Shown here one piece after another: positions 19,324-28,328 of a DNA stretch of 64,000 nt (positions are counted from its first letter, which is position 1; every line of letters starts with the position of its first letter). The translations under genes were made by a program, and so were the position numbers. The notes under the pieces are model-generated. The model was not told the origin of the DNA. It saw nothing but the letters and a program-made list of their open reading frames with translations, and ran no database searches. Source of the stretch: Verrucomicrobiota bacterium (lineage in GTDB: Bacteria > Verrucomicrobiota > Verrucomicrobiia > Chthoniobacterales > UBA10450); NCBI GenBank assembly GCA_003219695.1, contig QHQA01000021.1, positions 18,263-82,262 of the forward strand. The letters run 5' to 3'.

Positions 19324-19587
19324 ATGCGATTGGCGCTCATGCTCGTCCTCGCACTCGGAGTTTCCTGTTCCAGCAAACGCATCACAAAAGCGAACGTCGA
19401 TCAGGTGACGGAAGGCATGTCGAAAAAGCAGGTGGAATCGATTCTGGGCCCGCCCACTTCGCTTAAAACCGACGATTTCGTGATCATGAAAAAGACCACC
19501 TACGTTTATCAGCAGGGCAAAGACACGGTCACGGTCGTTTTCAAGGACGACAAAGTACAGTCGAAAGACAGCACGTTAAGGGATTGA
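19324..19587 (+). CDS. Small lipoprotein, SmpA/OmlA (BamE-like) domain
   Basis: Signal peptide MRLALMLVLALGVSC plus GMSKKQVESILGPP. ATG 19324 inside ORF 19201..19587, whose 5' part is translated repeat. Confidence 0.5.
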   Translation: MRLALMLVLALGVSCSSKRITKANVDQVTEGMSKKQVESILGPPTSLKTDDFVIMKKTTYVYQQGKDTVTVVFKDDKVQSKDSTLRD

Positions 19588-19703
19588 CGCAGCTCCAACA
19601 TGAAGCAGACAATCCTGTCTGCCCCTGAAGAGTCGCAGACGATTGCCCGCGTCACGTCGCAACGTGATTTGCTGCCTCTGACCGCGCGAGATTACTTTCT
19701 CAT

Positions 19704-21728
19704 ATGACCGCCTCGACAAACATCTCCGTTCCCGCCGAGCTCGGGCAGAAAATGGACGAAGCAATCGGGCGCTATCCGAGCGAACACCGGAAAAGCGCGG
19801 CGATGCCGCTGCTGCATCTGTGGCAGGAACACTTTGGGTTCATCAGTGACGAAGCGGTTCTCTGGATCGCGAACAAGCTTGGTTTGCAACCGATCAATAT
19901 TCTCGAACTGGTCACGTTTTATCCAATGTTTCGACAGGAGCCGCCAGGCAAAACACACATTCGCGTCTGTCGCACACTGAGTTGCGCGATGGCCGGCAGC
20001 TTCAAGCTAATGGAGAATTTGTGCGCGAGACTTGGAATCCAACGGCCATCTGACGGCGAGGGAATGCATAATCCCATTTCCGTCAGCGCCGACGGAAATT
20101 ACAGCGTCGAGTTTGTCGAATGTCTCGCAAGCTGCCACACCGGGCCGGTGTGCATGATCGGAGAACAACTACACGAAAAGGTCGATCCACATTCCGCGAC
20201 CGACCTAATCAAGGAAGGGCGTTCTTCAGGCCGCCCAGCCACAAACGGCGGACTAGAGACCGCCGCTCCTCGGCAGTGGCCGCCGCATTCACTCGAACAC
20301 CGCTTGATTTACAAAAACGTCGGACGTCCGGGCTGGACGACCGATATCGATTGTTACTTGCGCGATGGCGGTTACGAACAATTGAAGCAAGCGCTGACCT
20401 TGTCGCGTAGCGAGATCGTCAACAAGGTCAAAAACTCCGGACTGCGCGGACGCGGCGGAGCCGGATTTTCCTGCGGTCTTAAATGGAGCTTCATCAAACC
20501 GGACGACAAACGGCCAATCTATCTGATTTGCAACGCCGATGAATCCGAGCCGGGTACATTCAAAGATCGCTATATCATCCACGAAGATCCGCATCAGTTG
20601 CTGGAAGGAATTTTGATCTCCTGTTACGCGCTCAATGCGCGCACCGCCTACATCTACATACGCGGCGAGTTCCCGGAAGGCGCGAAAATCCTCGCACGCG
20701 CCATCGAAGAAGCGCGCGAGCACAATTTTCTTGGAAAAAACATTCTCGGCTCCGGATTCGATGGTGAAGTTTACGTTCATCGCGGCGCAGGCGCGTACAT
20801 TTGCGGAGAAGAAACCGGCTTGATCGAATCGCTGGAGGGCAAACGCGGTTATCCGCGAATCAAGCCGCCATATTTTCCGGCAGCGCTCGGTCTTTACATG
20901 TGCCCCACCATCGTTAACAACGTGGAAACGCTCTGCCACGTGAAACACATCATCGCCATGGGCGGCGCAGACTACGCGAAGCTTGGCCGGCCTAACAACA
21001 CCGGCACAAGGATTCTCTGTGTGAGCGGCGACGTGCAGCGGCCCGGCTACTTCGAAATCGAGGTCGGCGCGGTGACGATGGGCCAGTTGATTTACGAAAT
21101 GGCCGGCGGCTTAAAACCGGGACGGAAATTAAAGGCGGTCATTCCCGGCGGGAGTTCTGCAAAAGTTTTGCGCGCCGATGAACGATTCAAGATCAAGGAA
21201 AAGCAGCCGGATGGGTCGGTGGTTGAACGAGAAATGTCAATTGATGAAATCCCGATGGACTTCGATTCCCTGACGGCAGCTGGTTCCATGGCCGGGTCGG
21301 GCGGCGTGATCGTGCTGGACGATTCCCGCGACATGGTCTGGGTGTTGAACAACATCAACAAGTTTTACGCGCACGAAAGTTGTGGCCAGTGCACGCCGTG
21401 CCGGGAAGGATCGCTCTGGATGCAGAAAATCACCGATCGCATGTTGCGCGGCGGCGGCGTGGTGGAAGATCCGAAAACACTCAAGACCGTCGGCGACAAC
21501 ATTGCCGGACGCACCATCTGCGCTTTCGGCGAAGCGTGCGCGTGGCCAACGCAGAGTTTCGTCGAAAAATTTCCGGAGGAATTTGCCGCGCGTGCTCAAA
21601 AACCCCTCCCCCCACCCCTTCCACCTGAGTACACGCCGGAAGAACTAATTGAAGAGGAATTAATTCCCACTCTTCCCATGGCGCACGATCCCGGGTGGGA
21701 AAAAGCTGGCGCGAAAGGAACGATTTGA
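19704..21728 (+). CDS. nuoEF: Fused NADH-quinone oxidoreductase subunits E and F
   Basis: N-terminal NuoE 2Fe-2S cysteines (CRTLSC...ECLASCHTGP). From about aa 195, NuoF with GLRGRGGAGFSCGLKW (FMN) and ESCGQCTPCREG (4Fe-4S). One open frame of 674 aa. Confidence 0.9.
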   Translation: MTASTNISVPAELGQKMDEAIGRYPSEHRKSAAMPLLHLWQEHFGFISDEAVLWIANKLGLQPINILELVTFYPMFRQEPPGKTHIRVCRTLSCAMAGSFKLMENLCARLGIQRPSDGEGMHNPISVSADGNYSVEFVECLASCHTGPVCMIGEQLHEKVDPHSATDLIKEGRSSGRPATNGGLETAAPRQWPPHSLEHRLIYKNVGRPGWTTDIDCYLRDGGYEQLKQALTLSRSEIVNKVKNSGLRGRGGAGFSCGLKWSFIKPDDKRPIYLICNADESEPGTFKDRYIIHEDPHQLLEGILISCYALNARTAYIYIRGEFPEGAKILARAIEEAREHNFLGKNILGSGFDGEVYVHRGAGAYICGEETGLIESLEGKRGYPRIKPPYFPAALGLYMCPTIVNNVETLCHVKHIIAMGGADYAKLGRPNNTGTRILCVSGDVQRPGYFEIEVGAVTMGQLIYEMAGGLKPGRKLKAVIPGGSSAKVLRADERFKIKEKQPDGSVVEREMSIDEIPMDFDSLTAAGSMAGSGGVIVLDDSRDMVWVLNNINKFYAHESCGQCTPCREGSLWMQKITDRMLRGGGVVEDPKTLKTVGDNIAGRTICAFGEACAWPTQSFVEKFPEEFAARAQKPLPPPLPPEYTPEELIEEELIPTLPMAHDPGWEKAGAKGTI

Positions 21729-21734
21729 ATGAAG

Positions 21735-21815
21735 CCTCGTGCTCGTGCTCATACTCGTGATCGTGATCGACGTCTTTCGGTTACGATTAAGAGCACGAGC
21801 ACGATTAGGAGCACG
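21735..21815. repeat. Hairpin built from CTCGTG / GAGCAC hexamers (family D)
   Basis: cctcgtgctcgtgctcatactcgtgatcgtgatcg ... ttacgattaagagcacgagcacgattaggagcacg. Ends 8 nt before the nuoG ATG. Confidence 0.8.
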
Positions 21816-21823
21816 AAAACATA

Positions 21824-23569
21824 ATGGCCGAGCAGGTTTCATCGTCCCCAATGTTTAATGTCCAGATCGACGGCGTCTGGCATCAATTCCCGAAAGGCAC
21901 GCGCGTGATTGAGGCGTGCGAGCAGGCCGGCAGTTATGTGCCGCGCTACTGCTATCACAAAAAGCTCAGTTCACCGGGAAATTGCCGGATGTGCCTGATC
22001 GAAATGGGATTTCCCAAGCTGGGTCCGGATCGCAAGCCGGAGCTGGGCGCCGATGGCAAACCGATCATCAACTGGATGCCGCGTCCGCAAATTTCCTGCG
22101 CCCAAGATGTCGCCGATGGAATGGGCGTGCGCACCAATTCGCCACTGGTAAAGGAATGCCAGCGCGGCGTGATGGAATTTCTCCTTATCAATCATCCGCT
22201 CGACTGCCCGATTTGCGATCAGGCTGGCGAATGCCAGTTACAGGAGTTCAGCGTCGATTTCGGCACGAGCCAATCGCGTTTTTTCGAAAACAAAGTGAAG
22301 AAACCGAAAAATGTCGTGCTCGGGCCGCGTGTCACGCTTGACGACGAGCGCTGCATTCTCTGCTCGCGCTGCATCCGTTTTTGTCAGGAGATCGCGCACG
22401 ACGACGTGCTGGGCTTCGTTGATCGCGGGAGTTACACCGTGCTGACCGCGCATCCCGGTAAGCGACTGGAAAATAATTATTCTCTCAACACGGTCGATAT
22501 CTGCCCGGTGGGCGCGCTCACCTCGACCGATTTCCGTTTCAAAATGCGCGTCTGGTTCCTGAAAGAGACCAAGAGCATCTGCACCAGTTGCGCCACGGGT
22601 TGCAACACCATCATCGGCACGCGTGAGGACGTGATCTACCGGCAAACGCCGCGCGAAAACGATCACGTCAATTCCTGTTGGATGTGTGATTACGGGCGCC
22701 TGAATTTTAAATTCCTCGAAGCCGAAAACCGTTTGCTCGAGCCGCAGATTCGTTCCGAGGGAAAACTCGTTCCTGCGGATTGGCCAACAGCAATCACACA
22801 AGCCGCGCTCGAGCTAAAACAATTTTCCGGGCCTGAGATTGCCATCATTGCTTCTGGACGCATGACCAATGAAGAGCTCTGGCTTACGTCGCAGGTGGCG
22901 AACTCATTAGGAGTCCAGTTGATCGACGTTGTCCCGCGGCGCGGTCCCGGCGATGACATTTTGCTGAGCAAAGACCGAAACCCAAATACAAACGGTGCGC
23001 GGCTGATTCTAGGGTCGGCATCCGAGCCGGGCGCCAAACTCATGGGAATTGCCGACGCGGTGAAATCCGGACAAATCAAAGCGCTGGTGATCTTGAAAGA
23101 AAACACGATGCACTTGGGCATACCGGTCGAACAACTCGCGCAGCTCCCCGTGTTTATCGTCATGAATATTTTGCCAAATGACGCGACTGAAAAAGCGACG
23201 GTCGTTTTTCCAGCATGCGGTTTTGCCGAAAAACGCGGCTCGATGGTCAACGGCAAAGGCCGGCTGCAGCGACTGAATCGCGCCGTTCGCCCGCCCGGAA
23301 ATGCGCGCGATGATTGGGAGATCTTGCGTGATTTGCTCCAGGCAATCGGCGGAGGCGACTCAGTTTCGTCTGTCGATGATGTTTTTCGCCGAATCAGCGA
23401 AACCGTCCCGCAATTTGACGGCTTGACCTTCGCCAAAATCGGCGAGCTAGGCGTGCACATCTTGCAAATGGACGAACTGCCACCGACGCATCCTGTCGAC
23501 GAAGAAGCAATCGAGCAAGCAATCGCCGTTCAGGCTGCACGCCGCGCCGCCCGGCCAGCAAGGTCGTAA
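21824..23569 (+). CDS. nuoG: NADH-quinone oxidoreductase subunit G (short form)
   Basis: 2Fe-2S CYHKKLSSPGNCRMCLIE, HPLDCPICDQAGECQLQ, CILCSRCIRFC, followed by a molybdopterin-oxidoreductase-like domain. Confidence 0.9.
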   Translation: MAEQVSSSPMFNVQIDGVWHQFPKGTRVIEACEQAGSYVPRYCYHKKLSSPGNCRMCLIEMGFPKLGPDRKPELGADGKPIINWMPRPQISCAQDVADGMGVRTNSPLVKECQRGVMEFLLINHPLDCPICDQAGECQLQEFSVDFGTSQSRFFENKVKKPKNVVLGPRVTLDDERCILCSRCIRFCQEIAHDDVLGFVDRGSYTVLTAHPGKRLENNYSLNTVDICPVGALTSTDFRFKMRVWFLKETKSICTSCATGCNTIIGTREDVIYRQTPRENDHVNSCWMCDYGRLNFKFLEAENRLLEPQIRSEGKLVPADWPTAITQAALELKQFSGPEIAIIASGRMTNEELWLTSQVANSLGVQLIDVVPRRGPGDDILLSKDRNPNTNGARLILGSASEPGAKLMGIADAVKSGQIKALVILKENTMHLGIPVEQLAQLPVFIVMNILPNDATEKATVVFPACGFAEKRGSMVNGKGRLQRLNRAVRPPGNARDDWEILRDLLQAIGGGDSVSSVDDVFRRISETVPQFDGLTFAKIGELGVHILQMDELPPTHPVDEEAIEQAIAVQAARRAARPARS

Positions 23570-23672
23570 CTCAGGCTTCCAGCCTGACAGGTCGCGCAGG
23601 CTTCCTAGCCTGCTGGTTCCCGCGACCAAGCAAGATGCTCGTTCGACGAGACAGGCAGGATGCCTGTGTTAC
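23566..23672. repeat. Composite palindromic element (family A-like) bounded by GTAAC...GTTAC
   Basis: caggcttccagcctg, gcaggcttcctagcctgc and acaggcaggatgcctgt hairpins in the nuoG-nuoH spacer. Confidence 0.7.
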
Positions 23673-23741
23673 GCCGCAGGGGAGAAAGATCGCACGTTGT
23701 AAATACGCAGCTGTTGCAACAGAGTAGAGCTGCAAGACCGA

Positions 23742-24806
23742 ATGGACTCTCTTTTCATTATCACCTCGCTATTGAAAATCCTCGGCATCCTTTTCGTGGT
23801 GATTTTGCCGATGGTTTCCTACGCGGTGTACGCGGAGCGGCGAGTAAGCGCATTCATTCAAGACCGGCTGGGACCGAATCGGGTGGGGCCGGCCGGCCTG
23901 TTTCAGCCGATCGCGGACATGTTCAAGTTGCTGCTGAAAGAAGATTTCACGCCGCGCGCCGCGAATACGTTTTATTACTGGCTCGCCCCGTGTCTGGCGG
24001 TAATGCCGGCCATCATCACAATCGCAGTCGTGCCGTTTGGCAGCACTCTGTTCGGCGTCCCGATGGTGATTGCGGATGTGAATGTTGGCATTCTGTTTGT
24101 GTTCGCCATCGCGTCTCTGGGCGTTTACGGCATCGTCATCGGCGGTTGGGCGTCGAATTCAAAATACCCGTTCCTCGGCGGAATCCGTTCCAGCGCGCAG
24201 ATGCTCTCGTACGAGCTTTCGCTCGGGCTCGCTGTGGTTCCGGTCTTTCTAGTTGTGGGAAGTTTGCGGCTGACCAGTGTCGTGCGTTATCAGATCGAGC
24301 ACGGCTGGTTCATCGCGCCGTTTGTCGGCGATTGGGCGAACCCTTGGAAATGGCTGCTCGCTATTCCCATGATCATTTCCTTCCTCGTGTTCATGATCGC
24401 GATGTTCGCCGAGACAAACCGTCTGCCGTTCGATCTGCCTGAAGCTGAACAGGAGCTCGCCGGCGGCTACAATACCGAGTACAGTTCGATGAAGTTCGCC
24501 CTCTATTTTCTCGGCGAATATGCCGCAATGATCACCGGCTCGGCGGTGATCGTGACATTATTTTTCGGCGGCTGGCATTTTCCCGGCATTCCCGACGGCT
24601 CGCATGGCTGGATCTTTGGCCTGATCAACATCGCCGTGTTCTTCGCGAAGGTCGCGGTCATGATTTTCTTTTTCATGTGGGTGCGCTGGACGTTCCCTCG
24701 GTTCCGCTACGACCAGCTCATGCGCTTGGGCTGGCTGTTCTTCTTCGAGATCGCACTGGTAAATATCTTCCTCGTCGCCGCGATCATCCCATTTTACCGG
24801 AGCTGA
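23742..24806 (+). CDS. nuoH: NADH-quinone oxidoreductase subunit H
   Basis: AERRVSAFIQDRLGPNRVGPAGLFQPIADMFKLLLKED, FAETNRLPFDLPEAEQELAGGYNTEYSS. Confidence 0.95.
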   Translation: MDSLFIITSLLKILGILFVVILPMVSYAVYAERRVSAFIQDRLGPNRVGPAGLFQPIADMFKLLLKEDFTPRAANTFYYWLAPCLAVMPAIITIAVVPFGSTLFGVPMVIADVNVGILFVFAIASLGVYGIVIGGWASNSKYPFLGGIRSSAQMLSYELSLGLAVVPVFLVVGSLRLTSVVRYQIEHGWFIAPFVGDWANPWKWLLAIPMIISFLVFMIAMFAETNRLPFDLPEAEQELAGGYNTEYSSMKFALYFLGEYAAMITGSAVIVTLFFGGWHFPGIPDGSHGWIFGLINIAVFFAKVAVMIFFFMWVRWTFPRFRYDQLMRLGWLFFFEIALVNIFLVAAIIPFYRS

Positions 24807-24934
24807 TGACGAATGACAGAATGACGAAGAAAACCCAAATGACGAATGACGAAAAAGCGCGATTCGCGTATCGACACGTTCGTCATTCGTGCTTCGTCAT
24901 TGATTCGTCATTCGTCATTCGTCATTCGTCATTC
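24806..24934. repeat. Family C heptamer-array hairpin element
   Basis: atgacgaatgac... core gcgattcgcgta ...ttcgtcattcgtcattcgtcattc. The core is shared with the copy at 26413..26522. Confidence 0.85.
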
Positions 24935-24939
24935 TAGCC

Positions 24940-25470
24940 ATGGCGATCACCGTTCCACGACCGAATTTGAGCTGGCGCGAGCGGTTGTATCTGCCCGCCA
25001 TCGTCGCCGGTCTGGCCATCACGTTTAAGCACTTCAAGAACATGCTGCTCGGGCGCACCAAGGTCACCATGCAATATCCCGAGCAAAAATGGGACGCTAA
25101 CCTGCCGGACCATTACCGCGGTGCACCCGCGCTGGTGCGCGACGCGGATGGGCGCGTGCGCTGCGTCGCGTGTCAGCTCTGCGAATTCATTTGTCCGCCG
25201 CGAGCGATCAAAATCATTCCCGGCGAGATTCCTTCGACTGACCGATTCGCGAAGGTCGAGAAATATCCTGACGCGTTCGATATCGACATGATCCGCTGCA
25301 TTTTCTGCGGCATGTGCGAGGAGGTTTGCCCCGAGCAGGCGATTTTTCTGCGCAAAGATTACGCCATCACCGGCTTCACTCGCGCGGACATGGTGCATCA
25401 CAAGGAGAAACTGCTCGAGATCGGGGGAGTGATGCACGGCGTTGTCTTGAAATGGAACGAGAAGAAATGA
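24940..25470 (+). CDS. nuoI: NADH-quinone oxidoreductase subunit I
   Basis: Two 4Fe-4S motifs, CVACQLCEFICP and CIFCGMCEEVCP. Confidence 0.95.
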   Translation: MAITVPRPNLSWRERLYLPAIVAGLAITFKHFKNMLLGRTKVTMQYPEQKWDANLPDHYRGAPALVRDADGRVRCVACQLCEFICPPRAIKIIPGEIPSTDRFAKVEKYPDAFDIDMIRCIFCGMCEEVCPEQAIFLRKDYAITGFTRADMVHHKEKLLEIGGVMHGVVLKWNEKK

Positions 25471-25476
25471 GCCATA

Positions 25477-25561
25477 CTGGAGTATTAGAGTATTGGAGTG
25501 TTGGAGTGCTGGTCAGAACCGCAAATTCATTACTCCATTACTCCACCACTCCGTTACTCCG
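25477..25561. repeat. Hairpin built from GGAGTR / YACTCC hexamers (family E)
   Basis: ctggagtattagagtattggagtgttggagtg ... cattactccattactccaccactccgttactcc. A second copy is at 48223..48295. Confidence 0.8.
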
Positions 25562-25568
25562 ATAACCG

Positions 25569-26072
25569 ATGTCCCCGTTTCTATTTTGGATTTTTGCATT
25601 GCTGACTGTGATTTTCGGCGCGGCCGTGGTCGTCAATCGCAATCCGGTGGCCAGCGCGCTTAGCCTGGTCGTTTCGTTCCTTGGACTGTCGGCGCTCTTC
25701 ATGTCACTCGACGCCTTTTTTGTCGGCATCATCCAAGTGCTGGTTTACGCGGGCGCAGTGATGGTCCTTTTTCTTTTCATCATCATGCTGCTGAACCTGC
25801 GGGCGGAAGAGGAACGGCGGATCAACTGGCTTGCCCTGGCTGGCGGCGTGGCGGTCGCGCTTGCGTTGTTGATCCAGATTTTTTTGGTGATCAGTCGCTT
25901 TGACCCTGCACGGAAAACTTTTCCACCGCTGCCGGGATCGACTATCGACGATGTTCGAAACATCGGCGCACTGCTTTTCAGTAATTACAATCTGCCATTT
26001 CAGATCGTCGGTGTTCTGGTGCTGGTGGCCACCATTGGCGTGGTCCTTTTGAGCAAACGCGAGCTTCGATAA
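25569..26072 (+). CDS. nuoJ: NADH-quinone oxidoreductase subunit J
   Basis: Five-TM protein with [49 protein letters not shown], in operon position. Confidence 0.9.
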   Translation: MSPFLFWIFALLTVIFGAAVVVNRNPVASALSLVVSFLGLSALFMSLDAFFVGIIQVLVYAGAVMVLFLFIIMLLNLRAEEERRINWLALAGGVAVALALLIQIFLVISRFDPARKTFPPLPGSTIDDVRNIGALLFSNYNLPFQIVGVLVLVATIGVVLLSKRELR

Positions 26073-26073
26073 G

Positions 26074-26394
26074 ATGATTACACTTGGCCATTATCTCATC
26101 GTAAGCGGCATTCTTTTCTCGATCGGGTTTGCCGGCGTGATGTTGCGACGCAATCTGATAATCATTCTGATGTCTTTAGAGCTGATGTTGAATGCGGCAA
26201 ACTTGTCGCTCGTTGCTTTTTCCCGATTCCGAGTCGGTCCAAGCGGCCTTCCAAACTACAACGCCCAAGTGTTCGTCTTTTTCGTCATCACCGTGGCCGC
26301 AGCGGAAGTCGCGGTGGGGCTCGCCATTCTCGTTGCCCTGTTTCGCGCGAGGCAAACAACGGATGTCAAAGACATCAGCACCCTGAAATTTTAG
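26074..26394 (+). CDS. nuoK: NADH-quinone oxidoreductase subunit K
   Basis: 106 aa, three TM helices. [19 protein letters not shown] and [19 protein letters not shown]. Confidence 0.95.
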   Translation: MITLGHYLIVSGILFSIGFAGVMLRRNLIIILMSLELMLNAANLSLVAFSRFRVGPSGLPNYNAQVFVFFVITVAAAEVAVGLAILVALFRARQTTDVKDISTLKF

Positions 26395-26412
26395 CCCCAC
26401 CAAACACCAATC

Positions 26413-26522
26413 AATGACGAAGCACCAATGACGAATGACGAAAAGGGGCGATTCGCGTACGGACGAGCTCGTCATTCGGACTTCGTCATTCCTTCGTCAT
26501 TCGTCATTTGGATTTCGTCATT
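26413..26522. repeat. Family C heptamer-array hairpin element
   Basis: aatgacgaagcaccaatgacgaatgacgaaaaggggcgattcgcgtacggacgagctcgtcattcggacttcgtcattccttcgtcattcgtcatt. Confidence 0.85.
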
Positions 26523-26531
26523 ACCAATCTG

Positions 26532-28328
26532 ATGAACTCAATTCTTCCGTGGCTAATTCTCCTCGCGCCGCTGGTTAGCGCGGCTGTGATCACGCTGTTT
26601 ACGCTTCGGTGGAAAACGTTGAGCAGTGCGATCTCAGTCGCCGCGGTCTTTGTAAGTTTTATCTGCAGTTGTTTAATCTTTACACATCGAACCAGCGCTG
26701 CCGCGGAGTTCACATGGATCGGCATTGGCAGCGTTTTCCAAGTCCCGCTGGGTCTGACGCTGGATCAGTTGAGCAGGATGATGACGGTTCTGGTCTCCGG
26801 TATCGGCGCGCTTATCCACGTCTATTCGCTGGGTTACATGCGGGATGATGAAGGCAAGTCCCGTTATTTCGCGGCGCTGTCGCTCTTCATGTTCGCTATG
26901 CTCGGGATCGTGCTCGCGAACAATTTCGTCATGCTTTTCATCTTTTGGGAATTGGTCGGATTCACTTCGTATTTGTTGATCGGCCACTGGTTCTATCGCG
27001 ATGCCGCCGCCGACGCGGCGAACAAGGCGTTCATTACGACGCGCATTGGTGATTTCGGATTCATGATCGGAATCCTGATGATTTGGATAGCTACTGGCTC
27101 GGTCGTGTTCGCCGAGATTGCGCCGCGGATGTCCGGCCTAACGAATCATCCCGCGTTCCTGACAATTTCGGCGCTTCTGATTTGCTGCGGAGCGGTTGGA
27201 AAGTCAGCACAATTTCCGCTGCATGTCTGGTTGCCGGACGCAATGGAAGGCCCTACTCCAATCTCTGCGTTGATCCACGCCGCGACGATGGTTGCAGCTG
27301 GCGTTTACATGCTGGTGCGTGTGGCCTTCGTTATCCAGACTTCGCCGGCTGCGCTTCTGGTCGTTGCATGGATCGGCACCATCACCGCAGTGATGGCTGC
27401 GTTGATTGCGACGCAGCAGGACGATATCAAGCGCATTCTCGCCTACTCCACGCTCTCGCAACTCGGTTACATGATCATGGCTGTGGGCCTGGCTTCAAAT
27501 GACGCGGCCATGTTCCATCTGTTTACCCACGCGTTTTTTAAAGCGCTGCTGTTCCTCGCCGCCGGATCCGTGATCGTGATGCTGCATCATGAACAGAACA
27601 TCTGGAACATGGGCGGGCTTCGCCTAAAACTGCCGATCACATTTGTCACTTTCGCTGCGGGCGCGCTAGCGTTGATTGGCTGTCCGCCGTTCAGCGGATT
27701 TTTCAGCAAGGACGCAATTCTCGTGCTCGCGTACGAACGTAACGTGCCGATCTTCGCCGTCGCATTGTTCACGGCGTTCCTGACAGCCTTCTATGTGATT
27801 CGCCTGCTCGTCATTGTTTTCTTCGGCGACGCCCGGACTGAGAGCGCCAGCGAAAGCCGCGAATCATCGCCGGTCATGACTGTGCCGTTGATCGTGCTCG
27901 CGATTCTGGCAACGCTCGGCGGATTCGCATTTTTCACGCGAAACTTCCTCACGCTCCCGATTGAAAAGGAAGTGGCAATCATTGTTCCCGCGCTTGCGAT
28001 TGCCGCGTTGATTGTAGGGGGTGGACTGGCAATCGCTATTTACCGCAACCGGGCCAGCGAACCGATCGATCTCCAGCTATTACGCCACAAGTTCTATTTT
28101 GACGAGTTCTACAGCTGGCTTGTTTACTGGACACAGGAACTCCTCGCTCGCATATCAGCTTTCACTGATCGCTGGATCATCGACGCGAGCGCAGTGGGCG
28201 GAAGCAGTCGGGGAACCTGGGGCACTGGCGCTCTCCTGCGGCTGATTCAGGTGGGAAATCTGCAGGCTTACGTCTTCCTGTTCGGCCTCGGAATCGTCGC
28301 GCTCATTTATTTTGCTGTTTTCCACTAA
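26532..28328 (+). CDS. nuoL: NADH-quinone oxidoreductase subunit L
   Basis: GKSAQFPLHVWLPDAMEGPTPISALIHAATMVAAGVYM. ATG 26532 preferred because 26508..26531 is repeat sequence. Confidence 0.9.
   Translation: MNSILPWLILLAPLVSAAVITLFTLRWKTLSSAISVAAVFVSFICSCLIFTHRTSAAAEFTWIGIGSVFQVPLGLTLDQLSRMMTVLVSGIGALIHVYSLGYMRDDEGKSRYFAALSLFMFAMLGIVLANNFVMLFIFWELVGFTSYLLIGHWFYRDAAADAANKAFITTRIGDFGFMIGILMIWIATGSVVFAEIAPRMSGLTNHPAFLTISALLICCGAVGKSAQFPLHVWLPDAMEGPTPISALIHAATMVAAGVYMLVRVAFVIQTSPAALLVVAWIGTITAVMAALIATQQDDIKRILAYSTLSQLGYMIMAVGLASNDAAMFHLFTHAFFKALLFLAAGSVIVMLHHEQNIWNMGGLRLKLPITFVTFAAGALALIGCPPFSGFFSKDAILVLAYERNVPIFAVALFTAFLTAFYVIRLLVIVFFGDARTESASESRESSPVMTVPLIVLAILATLGGFAFFTRNFLTLPIEKEVAIIVPALAIAALIVGGGLAIAIYRNRASEPIDLQLLRHKFYFDEFYSWLVYWTQELLARISAFTDRWIIDASAVGGSSRGTWGTGALLRLIQVGNLQAYVFLFGLGIVALIYFAVFH

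Noticed and set aside
24677-25028. ORFs 24677..24937 and 24846..25028, and similar ones (N-terminus of 19201..19587, 26176..26475, 60106..60324, 824..1180, 978..1175), that encode peptides such as MTNDEMTKK, HSSFVIRHSSFVI and ADLEVCATA
   Set aside because: These are translations of repeat families C and A rather than genes. The peptide periodicity simply mirrors the nucleotide repeat.
19176-26522. Possible CRISPR arrays, suggested by the regularly repeated short units
   Set aside because: The units are only 6-8 nt long, abut each other without spacers and form inverted arms. No 25-40 nt repeat/spacer periodicity and no cas genes are present.
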